From a virus (Duplodnaviria > Caudoviricetes): DNA of 25,083 nucleotides. Location of the stretch: the IMG/VR virus record IMGVR_UViG_3300023184_000485, positions 1-25,083 of that record. One strand, 5' to 3'. A program made the position numbers and the translations under genes. The notes below the pieces were generated by a model. That model was not told the origin of the DNA, searched no databases, and saw only the letters and a program-made list of their open reading frames with translations. This document shows positions 24,338 to 25,083 of this stretch, piece after piece (the stretch's first letter is position 1; each line of letters begins with the position of its first letter).

Positions 24338-25083
24338 TTATTTTTTCTTGTCGATCTTATCTGCTAGTTCTTTTCCGGGTTTAGATTGTTCATCTTTAGT
24401 TATTTTGTCTCTAGCAGCTTGTATCTTTGCTTGTGATTCTGGACTATTTCTATTGACAAACGGACGTTTTTCTTTTGGACCAGAACCTTCACCAAGCCCC
24501 GCTAATTTCATAATGCTTTCTAATTCAGTGTTTTCTTTGCTCATTTTCTTTTTAACAAAGTCGTGTGCTCTATCAGTTGCTGCCTGTATAGGATCCACTT
24601 TCCAATCTAATGGAGGAGGATTACCAGCTGGATTTTCCTTGCTTGGTTGGCTGTCCATACCATGTGTTCTAAAATCTTTTTTAGAATCTTCCATTTCTGG
24701 TTGTCCCATGCCTTCTACTTTGCCTTTGATTCTGCTTAATATTTCTTTCAAACCATCAACACTAAATCCGTCGCCTTGATCAACTGGACTATGTTTTTGC
24801 ATTTTTCCATGTTTTTGTTGCCATTCTTGTGTAAGTTTGTTGATGAATGCTTCTGCCATTTCGTAGGCTTGTTCGCCTGCTTTCTCGCCAAACTTCTCAC
24901 TGATTTGTTTTTTGCAATCCAATGCGATGTTTTCTTCTGCACGGAAGGGTCCAACGCTTTCATTGTCTGCGTTATAAAAACTCTTAACAATTTTAGCTAC
25001 TTCTTGTACCATACTGCTCTTGCCTTCTGCCACCGGTTGTTCAGGTGCTGGCGGTGCAGCTCCTGCTTCCGGTGCTGGCGGTG
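24338..25083 (-). CDS. C-terminal part of a large hypothetical protein (starts outside the window), possibly head-associated
   Basis: Frame stays open from 25033 to the window edge (PPAPEAGAAPPAPEQPV). Charged low-complexity sequence with an ELESIMKLAGLGE motif. Confidence 0.7.
   Translation of the reverse strand, partial: PPAPEAGAAPPAPEQPVAEGKSSMVQEVAKIVKSFYNADNESVGPFRAEENIALDCKKQISEKFGEKAGEQAYEMAEAFINKLTQEWQQKHGKMQKHSPVDQGDGFSVDGLKEILSRIKGKVEGMGQPEMEDSKKDFRTHGMDSQPSKENPAGNPPPLDWKVDPIQAATDRAHDFVKKKMSKENTELESIMKLAGLGEGSGPKEKRPFVNRNSPESQAKIQAARDKITKDEQSKPGKELADKIDKKK

Noticed and set aside
22479-24990. Shadow ORFs over uvsX, SSB and the last gene
   Set aside because: Antisense or out-of-frame to conserved genes, with no independent support.
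25046-25083. Short CACCGCCAGCACC repeat (minus strand)
   Set aside because: It simply encodes a Pro/Ala linker repeat (PPAPE) in the partial CDS.

Overview
Fragment of a large lytic T4-like (Caudoviricetes) phage genome in standard genetic code. I see no tRNA, rRNA, CRISPR array or transposase. Bases ~1-5030 form a plus-strand early region of small genes (SleB-like hydrolase, AAA+ ATPase, many hypotheticals) driven by eight near-consensus sigma70 promoters, most overlapping stem-loops. A structured, G-tract-containing spacer (~5020-5260) separates it from an AT-richer accessory block (GNAT-like, HAD nucleotidase, nucleotidyltransferase, 2OG-Fe(II) oxygenase, glycosyltransferases, YqgE/AlgH). 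A mostly minus-strand replication/recombination module follows (DnaB-like helicase, primase, miniature DnaE-like polymerase, dCMP deaminase, probable clamp-loader subunit, UvsW, UvsY, UvsX, gp32-like SSB). The most unusual signal is in the early region. Two stretches (1995-2590 and 2750-3207), each starting at one copy of a palindromic promoter, contain no TC or CC dinucleotide on the coding strand, so no GA or GG on the template strand. They encode proline-free, mostly acidic proteins. Product calls come from motif recognition by eye, not database searches.
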